This document shows, piece by piece, positions 23,250-37,210 of a stretch of 64,000 nt of DNA. Position 1 is the stretch's first letter; every line of letters starts with the position of its first letter. The position numbers and the translations under genes were made by a program. The notes below the pieces were generated by a model. That model was not told the DNA's origin and did no database searches. It saw only the letters and a list, made by a program, of their open reading frames with translations. The DNA comes from Pecten maximus (taxonomy: Eukaryota), in NCBI RefSeq assembly GCF_902652985.1, contig NC_047020.1:16058001-16122000 (forward strand), in the 5' to 3' direction.

Positions 23250-26200
23250 GAGACGGAATCGGCTGGATTATCAACTGAAGATGAAGTCTTTGGATTATCT
23301 ACGGAGAGGTAATCGGGTGGATTATCAACTGAGGATGAAGTCATTGGATTATCTACGAAGAGGTAATCGGGTGGATTATCAACTGAGAATGAAGTCATTG
23401 GATTATCTACGGAGAGGTAATCGGGTGGATTATCAACTGAGGATGAAGTCATTGGATTATCTACAGAGAGATAATCGGCTGGATTATCAACTGAGGATGA
23501 AATCATTGGATTATCTACGGAGAGGTAATCGGGTGGATTATCAACTGAGGATGAAGTCATTGGATTATCTACGGAGAAGTAATCGGCTGGATTATCAACT
23601 GAAGATGAAGTCATTGGATTATCTACGGAGAGGTATTCGGCTGGGTTATCAACTGAGGATGAAGTCATTGGATTATCTACGAAGAAAGTATTGGCTGGGT
23701 TATCAACTGAGAAGGATGAAGTCATTGGATTATCTACGGAGAGGTAATCGGCTGGATTATCAACTGAGGATGAAGTCATTGGATTATCTACGGAGAGATA
23801 ATCGGCTGGATTATCAACTGAGGATGAAGTCATTGGATTATCTACGGAGAGGTAATCGGCTGGATTATCAACAGAGGATGAAGTCATTGGATTATCTACA
23901 GAGAAAGTATTGGCTGGGTTATCAACTGAGGATGAAGTCATTGGATTATCTACAGAGAGGTAATCGGGTGGATTGTCAACTGAGGATGAAGTCATTGGAT
24001 TATCTACAGAGAAAATATTGGCTGGGTTATCAACTGAGGATGAAGTCATTGGATTATCTACAGAGAAAGTATTGGCTGGATTATCAACTGAGGATGAAGT
24101 CATTTGATTATCTACAGAGAAAGTATTGGCTGGGTTATCAACTGAGGATGAAGTCATTTGATTATCTACAGAGAAAGTATTGGCTGGGTTATCAACTGAG
24201 GATGAAGTCATTTGATTATCTACAGAGAAAGTATTGGCTGGGTTATCAACTGAGGATGAAGTCATTTGATTATCTATAGAGAAAGTATTGGCTGGGTTAT
24301 CAACTGAGGATGAAGTCATTGGATTATCTACAGAGAAGTAATTGGCTGGGTTATCAACTGAGAAGGAGGAAGTCATTGGATTATCTACAGAGAAAGTATT
24401 GGCTGGGTTATCAACTGAGGATGAAGTCATTAGATTATCTACGGAGAGGTAATCGGCTGGATTATCAACTGAGGATGAAGTCATTAGATTATCTACAGAG
24501 AAGTAATTGGCTGGGTTATCAACTGAGAAGAAGGAAGTCATTGGATTATCTACAGAGAAAGTATTGGCTGGGTTATCAACTGAGGATGAAGTCATTGGAT
24601 TATCTACAGAGAAGTAATTGGCTGGGTTATCAACTGAGAAGGAGGAAGTCATTGGATTATCTACAGAGAAGTAATTGGCTGGGTTATCAACTGAGAAGGA
24701 GGAAGTCATTGGATTATCTACAGAGAAAGTATTGGCTGGGTTATCAACACAGAGAAAGTATTGGCTGGGTTATCAACTGAGGATGAAGTCATTGGATTAT
24801 CTACAGAGAGGTAATTGGCTGGGTTATCAACTGAGGATGAAGTCATTAGATTATCTACGGAGAGGTAATCGGCTGGATTATCAACTGAGGATGAAGTCAT
24901 TAGATTATCTACAGAGAAAGTATTGGCTGGATTATCAACTGAGGATGAAGTCATTGGATTATCTACAGAGAAAGTATTGGCTGGGTTATCAACTGAGGAT
25001 GAAGTCATTAGATTATCTACAGAGAAAGTATTGGCTGGGTTATCAACTGAGGATGAAGTCATTGGATTATCTACGGAGAGGTAATCGGCTGGATTATCAA
25101 CTGAGGATGAAGTCATTGGATTATCTACGGAGAGGTAATCGGCTGGATTATCAACTGAGGATGAAGTCATTGGATTATCTACAGAGAAAGTATTGGCTGG
25201 GTTATCAACTGAGGATGAAGTCATTGGATTATCTACAGAGAAAGTATTGGCTGTGTTATCAACTGAGGATGAAGTCATTGGATTATCTACGGAGAGGTAA
25301 TCGGCTGGATTATCAACTGAGGATAAAGTCATTGGATGAGGATGAAGTCATTGGATTATCTACAGAGAAAGTATTGGCTGGGTTATCAACTGAGGATGAA
25401 GTCATTGGATTATCTACAGAGAAAGTATTGGCTGGGTTATCAACTGAGGATGAAGTCATTGGATTATCTACAGAGAAAGTATTGGCTGGATTATCAACTG
25501 AGGATGAAGTCATTGGATTATCTACAGAGAAAGTATTGGCTGTGTTATAAACACAGAGAAAGTATTGGCTGTGTTATAAACACAGAGAAAGTATTGGCTG
25601 TGTTATAAACACAGAGAAAGTATTGGCTGGGTTATAAACACAGAGAAAGTATTGGCTGGGGTATCAACTGAGGATGAAGTCATTGGATTATCTACAGAGA
25701 AAGTATTGGCTGGGTTATCAACTGAGGATGAAGTCATTGGATTAAAGTATTGGCTGGGTTATCAACACAGAGAAAGTATTGGCTGTGTTATAAACACAGA
25801 GAAAGTATTGGCTGGGTTATCAACACAGAGAAAGTATTGGCTGGGTTATCAACACAGAGAAAGTATTGGCTGGGTTATCAACACAGAGAAAGTATTGGCT
25901 GGGTTATCAACACAGAGAAAGTATTGGCTGGGTTATAAACACAGAGAAAGTATTGGCTGGGTTATCAACACAGAGAAAGTATTGGCTGGGTTATCAACAC
26001 AGAGAAAGTATTGGCTGGGTTATCAACACAGAGAAAGTATTGGCTGTGTTATAAACACAGAGAAAGTATTGGCTGGATTATCAACTGAGGATGAAGTCAT
26101 TGGATTATCTACAGAGAAAGTATTGGCTGGGTTATCAACTGAGGATGAAGTCATTGGATTATCTACAGAGAAAGTATTGGCTGGGTTATCAACACAGAGA

Positions 26201-29200
26201 AAGTATTGGCTGTGTTATAAACACAGAGAAAGTATTGGCTGGATTATCAACTGAGGATGAAGTCATTGGATTATCTACAGAGAAAGTATTGGCTGGGTTA
26301 TCAACTGAGGATGAAGTCATTGGATTATCTACAGAGAAAGTATTGGCTGGGTTATCAACTGAGGATGAAGTCATTGGATTATCTACAGAGAAAGTATTGG
26401 CTGGGTTATCAACTGAGGATGAAGTCATTGGATTATCTAGAGAAAGTATTGGCTGGGTTATCAACTGAGGATGAAGTCATTAGATTATCTACGGAGAGGT
26501 AATCGGCTGGATTATCAACTGAGGATGAAGTCATTAGATTATCTACAGAGAAGTTATTGGCTGGGTTATCAACTGAGAAGGAGGAAGTCATTGGATTATC
26601 TACAGAGAAAGTATTGGCTGGGTTATCAACTGAGGATGAAGTCATTGGATTATCTACAGAGAAGTAATTGGCTGGGTTATCAACTGAGAAGGAGGAAGTC
26701 ATTGGATTATCTACAGAGAAGTAATTGGCTGGGTTATCAACTGAGAAGGAGGAAGTCATTGGATTATCTACAGAGAAAGTATTGGCTGGGTTATCAACAC
26801 AGAGAAAGTATTGGCTGGGTTATCAACTGAGGATGAAGTCATTGGATTATCTACAGAGAGGTAATCGGGTGGATTGTCAACTGAGGATGAAGTCATTGGA
26901 TTATCTACAGAGAAAATATTGGCTGGGTTATCAACTGAGGATGAAGTCATTGGATTATCTACAGAGAAAGTATTGGCTGGATTATCAACTGAGGATGAAG
27001 TCATTTGATTATCTACAGAGAAAGTATTGGCTGGGTTATCAACTGAGGATGAAGTCATTTGATTATCTACAGAGAAAGTATTGGCTGGGTTATCAACTGA
27101 GGATGAAGTCATTTGATTATCTACAGAGAAAGTATTGGCTGGGTTATCAACTGAGGATGAAGTCATTTGATTATCTATAGAGAAAGTATTGGCTGGGTTA
27201 TCAACTGAGGATGAAGTCATTGGATTATCTACAGAGAAGTAATTGGCTGGGTTATCAACTGAGAAGGAGGAAGTCATTGGATTATCTACAGAGAAAGTAT
27301 TGGCTGGGTTATCAACTGAGGATGAAGTCATTGGATTATCTACAGAGAAGTAATTGGCTGGGTTATCAACTGAGAAGGAGGAAGTCATTGGATTATCTAC
27401 AGAGAAAGTATTGGCTGGGTTATCAACTGAGGATGAAGTCATTAGATTATCTACGGAGAGGTAATCGGCTGGATTATCAACTGAGGATGAAGTCATTAGA
27501 TTATCTACAGAGAAGTAATTGGCTGGGTTATCAACTGAGAAGAGGGAAGTCATTGGATTATCTACAGAGAAAGTATTGGCTGGGTTATCAACTGAGGATG
27601 AAGTCATTGGATTATCTACAGAGAAGTAATTGGCTGGGTTATCAACTGAGAAGGAGGAAGTCATTGGATTATCTACAGAGAAGTAATTGGCTGGGTTATC
27701 AACTGAGAAGGAGGAAGTCATTGGATTATCTACAGAGAAAGTATTGGCTGGGTTATCAACACAGAGAAAGTATTGGCTGGGTTATCAACTGAGGATGAAG
27801 TCATTGGATTATCTACAGAGAGGTAATCGGGTGGATTGTCAACTGAGGATGAAGTCATTAGATTATCTACGGAGAGGTAATCGGCTGGATTATCAACTGA
27901 GGATGAAGTCATTAGATTATCTACAGAGAAAGTATTGGCTGGATTATCAACTGAGGATGAAGTCATTGGATTATCTACAGAGAAAGTATTGGCTGGGTTA
28001 TCAACTGAGGATGAAGTCATTAGATTATCTACAGAGAAAGTATTGGCTGGGTTATCAACTGAGGATGAAGTCATTGGATTATCTACGGAGAGGTAATCGG
28101 CTGGATTATCAACTGAGGATGAAGTCATTGGATTATCTACGGAGAGGTAATCGGCTGGATTATCAACTGAGGATGAAGTCATTGGATTATCTACAGAGAA
28201 AGTATTGGCTGGGTTATCAACTGAGGATGAAGTCATTGGATTATCTACAGAGAAAGTATTGGCTGTGTTATCAACTGAGGATGAAGTCATTGGATTATCT
28301 ACGGAGAGGTAATCGGCTGGATTATCAACTGAGGATAAAGTCATTGGATGAGGATGAAGTCATTGGATTTGGCTGGGTTATCAACTGAGGATGAAGTCAT
28401 TGGATTATCTACAGAGAAAGTATTGGCTGGGTTATCAACTGAGGATGAAGTCATTGGATTATCTACAGAGAAAGTATTGGCTGGGTTATCAACTGAGGAT
28501 GAAGTCATTGGATTATCTACAGAGAAAGTATTGGCTGTGTTATAAACACAGAGAAAGTATTGGCTGTGTTATAAACACAGAGAAAGTATTGGCTGTGTTA
28601 TAAACACAGAGAAAGTATTGGCTGGGTTATCAACTGAGGATGAAGTCATTGGATTATCTACAGAGAAAGTATTGGCTGGGTTATCAACTGAGGATGAAGT
28701 CATTGGATTATCTACAGAGAAAGTATTGGCTGGGTTATCAACTGAGGATGAAGTCATTGGATTAAAGTATTGGCTGGGTTATCAACACAGAGAAAGTATT
28801 GGCTGTGTTATAAACACAGAGAAAGTATTGGCTGGGTTATCAACACAGAGAAAGTATTGGCTGGGTTATCAACACAGAGAAAGTATTGGCTGGGTTATCA
28901 ACACAGAGAAAGTATTGGCTGGGTTATCAACACAGAGAAAGTATTGGCTGGGTTATAAACACAGAGAAAGTATTGGCTGGGTTATCAACACAGAGAAAGT
29001 ATTGGCTGGGTTATCAACACAGAGAAAGTATTGGCTGGGTTATCAACACAGAGAAAGTATTGGCTGTGTTATAAACACAGAGAAAGTATTGGCTGGATTA
29101 TCAACTGAGGATGAAGTCATTGGATTATCTACAGAGAAAGTATTGGCTGGGTTATCAACTGAGGATGAAGTCATTGGATTATCTACAGAGAAAGTATTGG

Positions 29201-29560
29201 CTGGGTTATCAACACAGAGAAAGTATTGGCTGTGTTATAAACACAGAGAAAGTATTGGCTGGATTATCAACTGAGGATGAAGTCATTGGATTATCTACAG
29301 AGAAAGTATTGGCTGGGTTATCAACTGAGGATGAAGTCATTGGATTATCTACAGAGAAAGTATTGGCTGGGTTATCAACTGAGGATGAAGTCATTGGATT
29401 ATCTACAGAGAAAGTATTGGCTGGGTTATCAACTGAGGATGAAGTCATTGGATTATCTAGAGAAAGTATTGGCTGGGTTATCAACGTAGAAGGAAGAAGT
29501 CTGTGGATAACCTACAGAGAAGTAATCGACTGGATTCCGTTGAGAAGAGAATCGACTGGG
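23250..29560. repeat. 54-bp (2x27) satellite with 57- and 29-bp variants and ~3.0-kb higher-order duplication
   Basis: Unit GAGGATGAAGTCATTGGATTATCTACA-GAGAAAGTATTGGCTGGGTTATCAACT. Diagnostic variants recur at offsets of 3012-3020 bp. Confidence 0.97.
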
Positions 29561-31625
29561 TTATCTCTTGAGAAAGGAAGTGAAGTGATTTTCTATATAT
29601 ATAGAGTATAAGTGGCAAGACAGCTCAACGAGGAGCTTCCTACTCAGAAAGAAGATACGGGGATTACAAAGCTATCAGGAAGTGCTGATGTCATTTTTAC
29701 GGTCAAATGTTTTATCATGACGTCATACTCATTAGGCACTTGAATGTTGAGTATAAGACAGAATAAAAAAGTGGTGTTGAACAGTTTACCAATGAAGGTT
29801 TCTTAATATGCATTCTTGTATTTTAATTTCACGTTCAGTATTAAAGAAAATATAAACAAACGCGTGGAAATAGTGCAGTGTTTTCCCCTACAGATAGTTT
29901 TACGGTATAAGAATATTTGGCTGACTATGTGTGTGATCTCGCTATTGACAAGAAAAAAAAATCATAATTTCAAATTTTGCTCTCGTAAAACAATCATCAT
30001 TAGATGCTATGTAAAACTGTCCTTACATGTACATTACAGTTCAGAAATATGTTTTGGTTTGAAGGTACATGTAGAGATGTTGGTAAATTAGTACACCTGT
30101 CCAAGAACTAGTATCTTTGTGTTAAGTTGAAGCTTGTGACGTTATTAACTTATCATTAGCTGTAGATTGTAAAAATAAATACCATGTAAAAACCAGTATA
30201 TATGATGGGTATTGAACAGTTCATTAAACATATTGATTCTAATTGTATTAGCAATGAAAAGGCATGTTCAAACACAATGGTGATGACAAGGACAATTACG
30301 TTCAAAATGCAATTTAAAATGAATTTTTAAATGTTTCTATTTTGAAGCACTTGTAATATATCATGAATGGAAGTACATTTATATTTCCTGCTTCTGTTAT
30401 GCCAACTGATGATACGGGAGTTTGTAAAATCGGCTTTGTGTAATACCCCTCAGTGAGGAAACACGTGAAATTATATCAACAATGGACATTTCTTGATATG
30501 ATGTAACAAAAATTCTGGCTTATATCAACAAGTGATGTTCTTTTGTGGATTCTGGTTATAATTAATCAGATACATGTGCACGTACCCTTCCCCGCACAAA
30601 CACAAATGTGCACATTCAAGTGAATCATGAAGCATCACAAGCATGTGCAAAGTAATAAATCTCACTTCTCAGCTCATCAGTGACATCACATAAACTCAAA
30701 CCATAAAGGACGAAATCAGTCCACATTGGGTATCGTCCTTCATCGCAAGAGTCATGATTTATTTTAGCAAAGTTGACTTCACAAAAAAATGACAAAAACT
30801 TCATTCAAATACGTGCAAGAGGCAAAGACTGTGTGCTTACCTCACATAAACAAAATTTTGTTTCCAAATCCAATGCTTTGATGGGAATTGTATTTTCATT
30901 TTGTATATTTAATACTTTTATGACCAGAAGTATCAGATGTTTTTAAGTCTCCTATATATAACAGATTTTCGTGATGATTCCGTTTCGTGACGGGTCATGT
31001 TTAAGTACAAGTCATAGTCTGGTTAGTTTACTGCTACTGCTGTATTATAATTATATAATTAATTCTATGCTTCGTCTAGTAGATTCATTAAAGATAAGAT
31101 TAGATCCGATATCGATAAGTGATTACCTGATTTTTTATTTGTTGTTGTTTTTTTTGTTTTTTGTTTTTTTACATCTTCAATTCTTATTGCGAATATCAAT
31201 GTCTGCGAAAAGAAAAGAAAATCAGTATAATAAATATACAAAGAAAACAAAAAATGTAAAATGTGGCAGACATTGCATGTACACCATTACCAGCAGAATA
31301 TTTGAAGAAACAAATTTCCTATAATTCAAGCTAACTGTCGTAACACTGACTGGGTCCAAACATATAGAGTAACTGTCCCACTTATTATCGTACAAGGCAC
31401 GACCCTAAATCACATCGTCACTCGTAAACAATCGCAAACCTGATATACTATATCATACGGAGAAAGTGGGGAAAGCAGCGCCGTATCTACTGTCACCAGT
31501 CACGTCACCAAGTCACGGGTACCCGGGGACGACCAGCATGTATTTACAGTATCAAAAGATGTGGAGACGGTGAAGGTAGGATTATACACTAATATAGTGT
31601 CGAGGTTAGGACACCACATGAGGAG

Positions 31626-31760
31626 GTATCGGGAGGTGGGAAACAGAAACACGTGTTTGGAGATAGGATAGGGACATGGGGAAAGATGATGTATCGGGAG
31701 GTGGGAAACAGATACACGTGTTTGGAGATAGGATAGGGACATGGGGAAAGATGATGTATA
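31626..31760. repeat. 65-bp tandem duplication
   Basis: GTATCGGGAGGTGGGAAACAGA.ACACGTGTTTGGAGATAGGATAGGGACATGGGGAAAGATGAT twice. Confidence 0.9.
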
Positions 31761-32474
31761 GGAAATGTCATGGCGACAATAATATTCCTAAGGATACCTT
31801 ACTCGACTGAACTAAATATTGGATAAACCAAAAAATAACTTAGTACACGAATGAGGATTAATACCATCATCCAGTCTGGGTGGATAGGTGGGTAGGGATC
31901 TCCTAGATTGGCTGGATCTCCTAAACGCTTATGGCATGTTCTGCTGCCCTAGCAACAAGAAATGATGAAAATTAGGTAGACATTATCACTTTAATTTCAG
32001 CATAGTTCAGGGGAAGCCTTTCTGAAGTGAAGTTTTAATAAATAGTTGTATTTGACTAGCGGTTACAAGGCTGTCCATACCGTGCATTTACTCGTCCATC
32101 TGTAAGTAATCTCCCATCACTTACATACTAACACATAGACATAACACATAACGACACCTACTCGTAAGTATCTAACTAACTTCCCTGTGTCATTCCCACA
32201 CAAAAAAAAAAAAGAAGAAGAAAAAAGGAATTAAAAAGCGCAGTATACTTTCACTAAAGCCAATCCATGGTTCAGACTTCATTTTCGAAAAAGTCCGTTA
32301 ACCAATGAGATACTTCATACTCCGACTTCTAGACACTAACCACCTTCTACAAAGGCAGACACTGACTCTAGTTCTATGCAGAAGACCAGAAGACACTGAC
32401 TTTATTTCTACACAGGTAAGCGTTGACTCTACTTCTACATAAGGGTGAGTTGCATCAAAGTCCATCCTAAGAGG

Positions 32475-35400
32475 ACGTAAGGGGAGGGTAAGGGATGGGA
32501 GAGGGGAGAGAGTAAGGGGATGGGAGAGGTGATATATAACTGACGTAAGGGGAGAGTAAGGGATGGGAGAGGGGAGAGAGTAAGGGGAGGGTAAGGGATG
32601 GGAGAGGGGAGAGAGTAAGGGGAGGGTAAGGGATGGGAGAGGGGAGAGAGTAAGGGGAGGGTAACGGATGGGAGAGAGTAAGGGGATGGGAGAGAGTAAG
32701 GGGATGGGAGAGGGGATATGTAGTTGACACAAGGGGGATGGGGAGAGCGGGGAGGGGGGGGGGGTAGGGGATGGGAATGGGGATGTGTAGTTGACACAAG
32801 GAGAAGGTAAGGAGTGGAAGAGGAGATATGTAACTGACGTAAGGGGAGGATAAGGGAATGGGAGAGGTGATATGTAAGTGCGTAAGGGGAGGATAAGGGA
32901 ATGGGAGAGGGAATATGTAAGTGCGTAAGGGGAGAGTAAGGGGATGGGAGAGGTGATATGTAACTGACGTCAGGGGAGGGTAAGGGGATGGGAGAGGTGA
33001 TATGTAACTGACGTTAGGGGAGAGTAATGGAATAGGAGAGGTGATAATATGTAACTGACGTTAGGGGAGGGGTGATATGTAACTGACGTAAGGGGAGAGT
33101 AAGGGAATGGGAGAGGTGATATGTAACTGACGTAAGGGGAGAGTAAGGGATGGGAGAGGTGATATGTAACTGAAGTAAGGGGAGAGTAATGGAATAGGAG
33201 AGGTGATAATATGTAACTGACGTTAGGGGAGGGGTGATATGTAACTGACGTAAGGGGAGAGTAAGGGAATGGGAGAGGTGATATGTAACTGACGTAAGGG
33301 GAGAGTAAGGGATGGGAGAGGTGATATGTAACTGACGTAAGGGGAGAGGTGATATGTAACTGACGTAAGGGGAGGGTAAGGGATGGGAGAGGTGATATGT
33401 AACTGATGTAAGGGGAGAGGTGATATGTAACTGATGTAAGGGGAGGGTAAGGGAATGGGAGAGGTGATATGTAACTGATGTAAGGGGAGGGTAAGGGAAT
33501 GGGAGAGGTGATATGTAACTGACGTAAGGGGAGGGTAAGGGATGGGAGAGGTGATATGTAACTGACGTAAGGGGAGGGTAAGGGATGGGAGAGGTGATAT
33601 GTAACTGACGTAAGGGGAGAGTAAGGGGATGGGAGAGGTGATATGTAACTGACGTAAGGGGAGGGTAAGGGGATGGGAGAGGTGATATGTAACTGACGTA
33701 AGGGGAGAGTAAGGGAATGGGAGAGGTGATATGTAACTGACGTAAGGGGAGGGTAAGGGGATGGGAGAGGGTGATATGTAACTGACGTTAGGGGAGTGTA
33801 ATGGAATAGGAGAGGTGATAATATGTAACTGACGTTAGGGGAGGGGTGATATGTAACTGACGTAAGGGGAGAGTAAGGGATGGGAGAGGTGATATGTAAC
33901 TGACGTAAGGGGAGAGTAAGGGATGGGAGAGGGGATATGTAACTGAAGTAAGGGGAGAGTAATGGAATAGGAGAGGTGATAATATGTAACTGACGTTAGG
34001 GGAGGGGTGATATGTAACTGACGTAAGGGGAGAGTAAGGGAATGGGAGAGGTGATATGTAACTGACGTAAGGGGAGAGTAAGGGATGGAGAGGTGATATG
34101 TAACTGACGTAAGGGGAGAGGTGATATGTAACTGACGTAAGGGGAGGGTAAGGGATGGGAGAGGTGATATGTAACTGATGTAAGGGGAGAGGTGATATGT
34201 AACTGATGTAAGGGGAGGGTAAGGGAATGGGAGAGGTGATATGTAACTGATGTAAGGGGAGGGTAAGGGAATGGGAGAGGTGATATGTAACTGATGTAAG
34301 GGGAGGGTAAGGGATGGGAGAGGTGATATGTAACTGATGTAAGGGGAGGGTAAGGGATGGGAGAGGTGATATGTAACTGACGTAAGGGGAGAGTAAGGGA
34401 ATGGGAGAGGTGATATGTAACTGACGTAAGGGGAGGGTAAGGGAATGGGAGAGGTGATATGTAACTGACGTAAGGGGAGAGTAAGGGAATGGGAGAGGTG
34501 ATATGTAACTGACGTCAGGGGAGAGTAAGGGGATGGGAGAGGTGATATGTAACTGACGTTAGGGGAGTGTAATGGAATAGGAGAGGTGATAATATGTAAC
34601 TGACGTTAGGGGAGGGGTGATATGTAACTGACGTAAGGGGAGAGTAAGGGATGGGAGAGGTGATATGTAACTGACGTAAGGGGAGGGTAAGGGATGGGAG
34701 AGGTGATATGTAACTGAAGTAAGGGGAGAGTAATGGAATAGGAGAGGTGATAATATGTAACTGACGTTAGGGGAGGGGTGATATGTAACTGACGTAAGGG
34801 GAGAGTAAGGGAATGGGAGAGGTGATATGTAACTGACGTAAGGGGAGAGTAAGGGATGGGAGAGGTGATATGTAACTGACGTAAGGGGAGAGGTGATATG
34901 TAACTGACGTAAGGGGAGGGTAAGGGATGGGAGAGGTGATATGTAACTGATGTAAGGGGAGAGGTGATATGTAACTGATGTAAGGGGAGGGTAAGGGAAT
35001 GGGAGAGGTGATATGTAACTGATGTAAGGGGAGGGTAAGGGAATGGGAGAGGTGATATGTAACTGATGTAAGGGGAGGGTAAGGGATGGGAGAGGTGATA
35101 TGTAACTGATGTAAGGGGAGGGTAAGGGATGGGAGAGGTGATATGTAACTGACGTAAGGGGAGAGTAAGGGAATGGGAGAGGTGATATGTAACTGACGTA
35201 AGGGGAGGGTAAGGGAATGGGAGAGGTGATATGTAACTGACGTAAGGGGAGAGTAAGGGAATGGGAGAGGTGATATGTAACTGACGTAAGGGGAGGGTAA
35301 GGGGATGGGAGAGGTGATATGTAACTGACGTTAGGGGAGTGTAATGGAATAGGAGAGGTGATAATATGTAACTGACGTTAGGGGAGGGGTGATATGTAAC

Positions 35401-35835
35401 TGACGTAAGGGGAGAGTAAGGGATGGGAGAGGTGATATGTAACTGACGTAAGGGGAGGGTAAGGGATGGGAGAGGTGATATGTAACTGACGTAAGGGGAG
35501 GGTAAGGGATGGGAGAGGTGATATGTAACTGATGTAAGGGGAAAGTAAGGGATGGGAGAGGTGATATGTAACTGATGTAAGGGGAGAGTAAGGGATGGGA
35601 GAGGTGATATGTAACTGACGTTAGGGGAGGGGTGATATGTAACTGACGTAACGGGAAAGTAAGGGATGGGAGAGGTGATATGTAACTGACGTTAGGGGAG
35701 AGTAAGGGAATGGGAGAGGTGATATGTAACTGACGTCAGGGGAGGGTAAGGGAATGGGAGAGGTGATATGTAACTGACGTTAGGGGAGGGTAAGGGATGG
35801 GAGAGGTGATATGTAACTGACGTTAGGGGAGGGTA
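32475..35835 (+). repeat. G-rich ~44-bp satellite with ~771-bp higher-order repeat
   Basis: Unit GATATGTAACTGACGTAAGGGGAG(A/G)GTAAGGG(A)ATGGGAGAGGT. Variant GGGGAGTGTAATGGAATAGG at 33791, 34562, 35334. Confidence 0.95.
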
Positions 35836-37210
35836 GAGAACTATTGCTGGAATGATTCCCGATAGGACGGGGATTCCCGATAGAACGGGGTGTGTACCAA
35901 CATCGTATCAACCTCACCATTCGCGCGCCTGATTAACTGGTCGGGCTCGGCTCTTACTGTTCCGAACAAGAGATGTACTTTGGGGTTACTAACTAGGATA
36001 TAGCGTGATCAGATTTAAAAGAACCAAACCTTTTTGAAAATGACATTTCAAAAAATATCTGAAAATGTAATTACGGTTAAAAAAGTTTCTTTTGTCAAAT
36101 TTAAATTAGTGTTTCCTAGTTGTTAAAAATCGTGAACGGCTAAAGATTTAATGTTTGAACACCCTGTAGTTGTCATCGTTTTGTCATATGTGAGTGACAG
36201 TGTTAAGACAGCTCCCGTGTACCTATCAGCGAAGTTTAATACTTACTGCAAAGGTTAATTTCATTGTAATTTGTATATCTTTCTTACTACAAGGTATCTT
36301 CAGTACAAAGTTTAGAATATTTTATAACATCCTCAAAAGCTAAACCTCAAAGCGAGGTATACATATAAATTGACAATCATTCGTCCTTACGGCGCCTGTT
36401 ACAATGAAGGGCTGCCTCAATTTTGTGAAAAATGAACTTTTCCTATCTTATTAATCTTAAATAACACAGAGAAATCGTCTTCAGATACTCTCACTTTCAT
36501 TAAATGCACTGTAAATTGCAGCTCAGTCAATGTTATGTATCATTAAAGCGAGTAATGTGTCTATTAAGGATGTTCGTCTCCAATTATCTACCACCCATGT
36601 ACATACGGGATAGGTAAAGAGTTACAACAGGGGGGATAACTACACTGACTAGGTAGTCATGTATTTGTTTATCAACCTAATTATATATATGTAAATGGTA
36701 GGTTTATATCTATTATAAATGGATAAGTGTATACATGGCGCCAATAAGAAGGTGATATTATTTTAATTGCATTTGTAAAGAACTGACACATGTTCTGTAT
36801 ACAAACTGTAAACATATTTGAGATTGCATTAATTTTATTAGTGAATGATTACAGCTCGTCAGTAATGCGTGTCATAGTGAAACTGTTACCGTAACGAAAA
36901 CACCTTTTTTGCAAAAAGAATATAAAGGTATGCACTGTCCTATCTGTTCCGTAATCAAATATACATCCGTGTCAACTTCACAGGTGAAAACTGAAATATG
37001 CGAACGTTTTATTGACATTCCGATTTATATAGCCAAGGTTTTAATTGGTAAGGCTGCAAAATTAATATGAAATACAATATCTTCTGAACACCAACAGTTC
37101 GACCGACAACAAGGAGAGCTGGTTACGGCGCTAACTTAAAACTGGGTATATATAATGATTGTATTAAAAACAGGTGAATCGAACGTATAGATTGATAAAT
37201 AAAGAAACTG

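Noticed and set aside
23250-29560. CTGAGGA...GAAA in the 54-bp unit as a possible hammerhead
   Set aside because: No helix II closes between the boxes and no helix III/NUH pairing exists.
23201-29611. Long repetitive ORFs (SSVDNPMT.., MKSLDYLQRK.., GLSTEDEVI..)
   Set aside because: Products of a 27/54-bp unit, open in several frames and both strands, broken by 29-bp variants, with no splice or domain evidence.
30655-30745. Minus-strand CTGATGAG and nearby GGACGAAA / AAGGACGA...TCGTCCTT hairpin
   Set aside because: The second box is GAGA, helix II is weak and the two motifs are on opposite strands.
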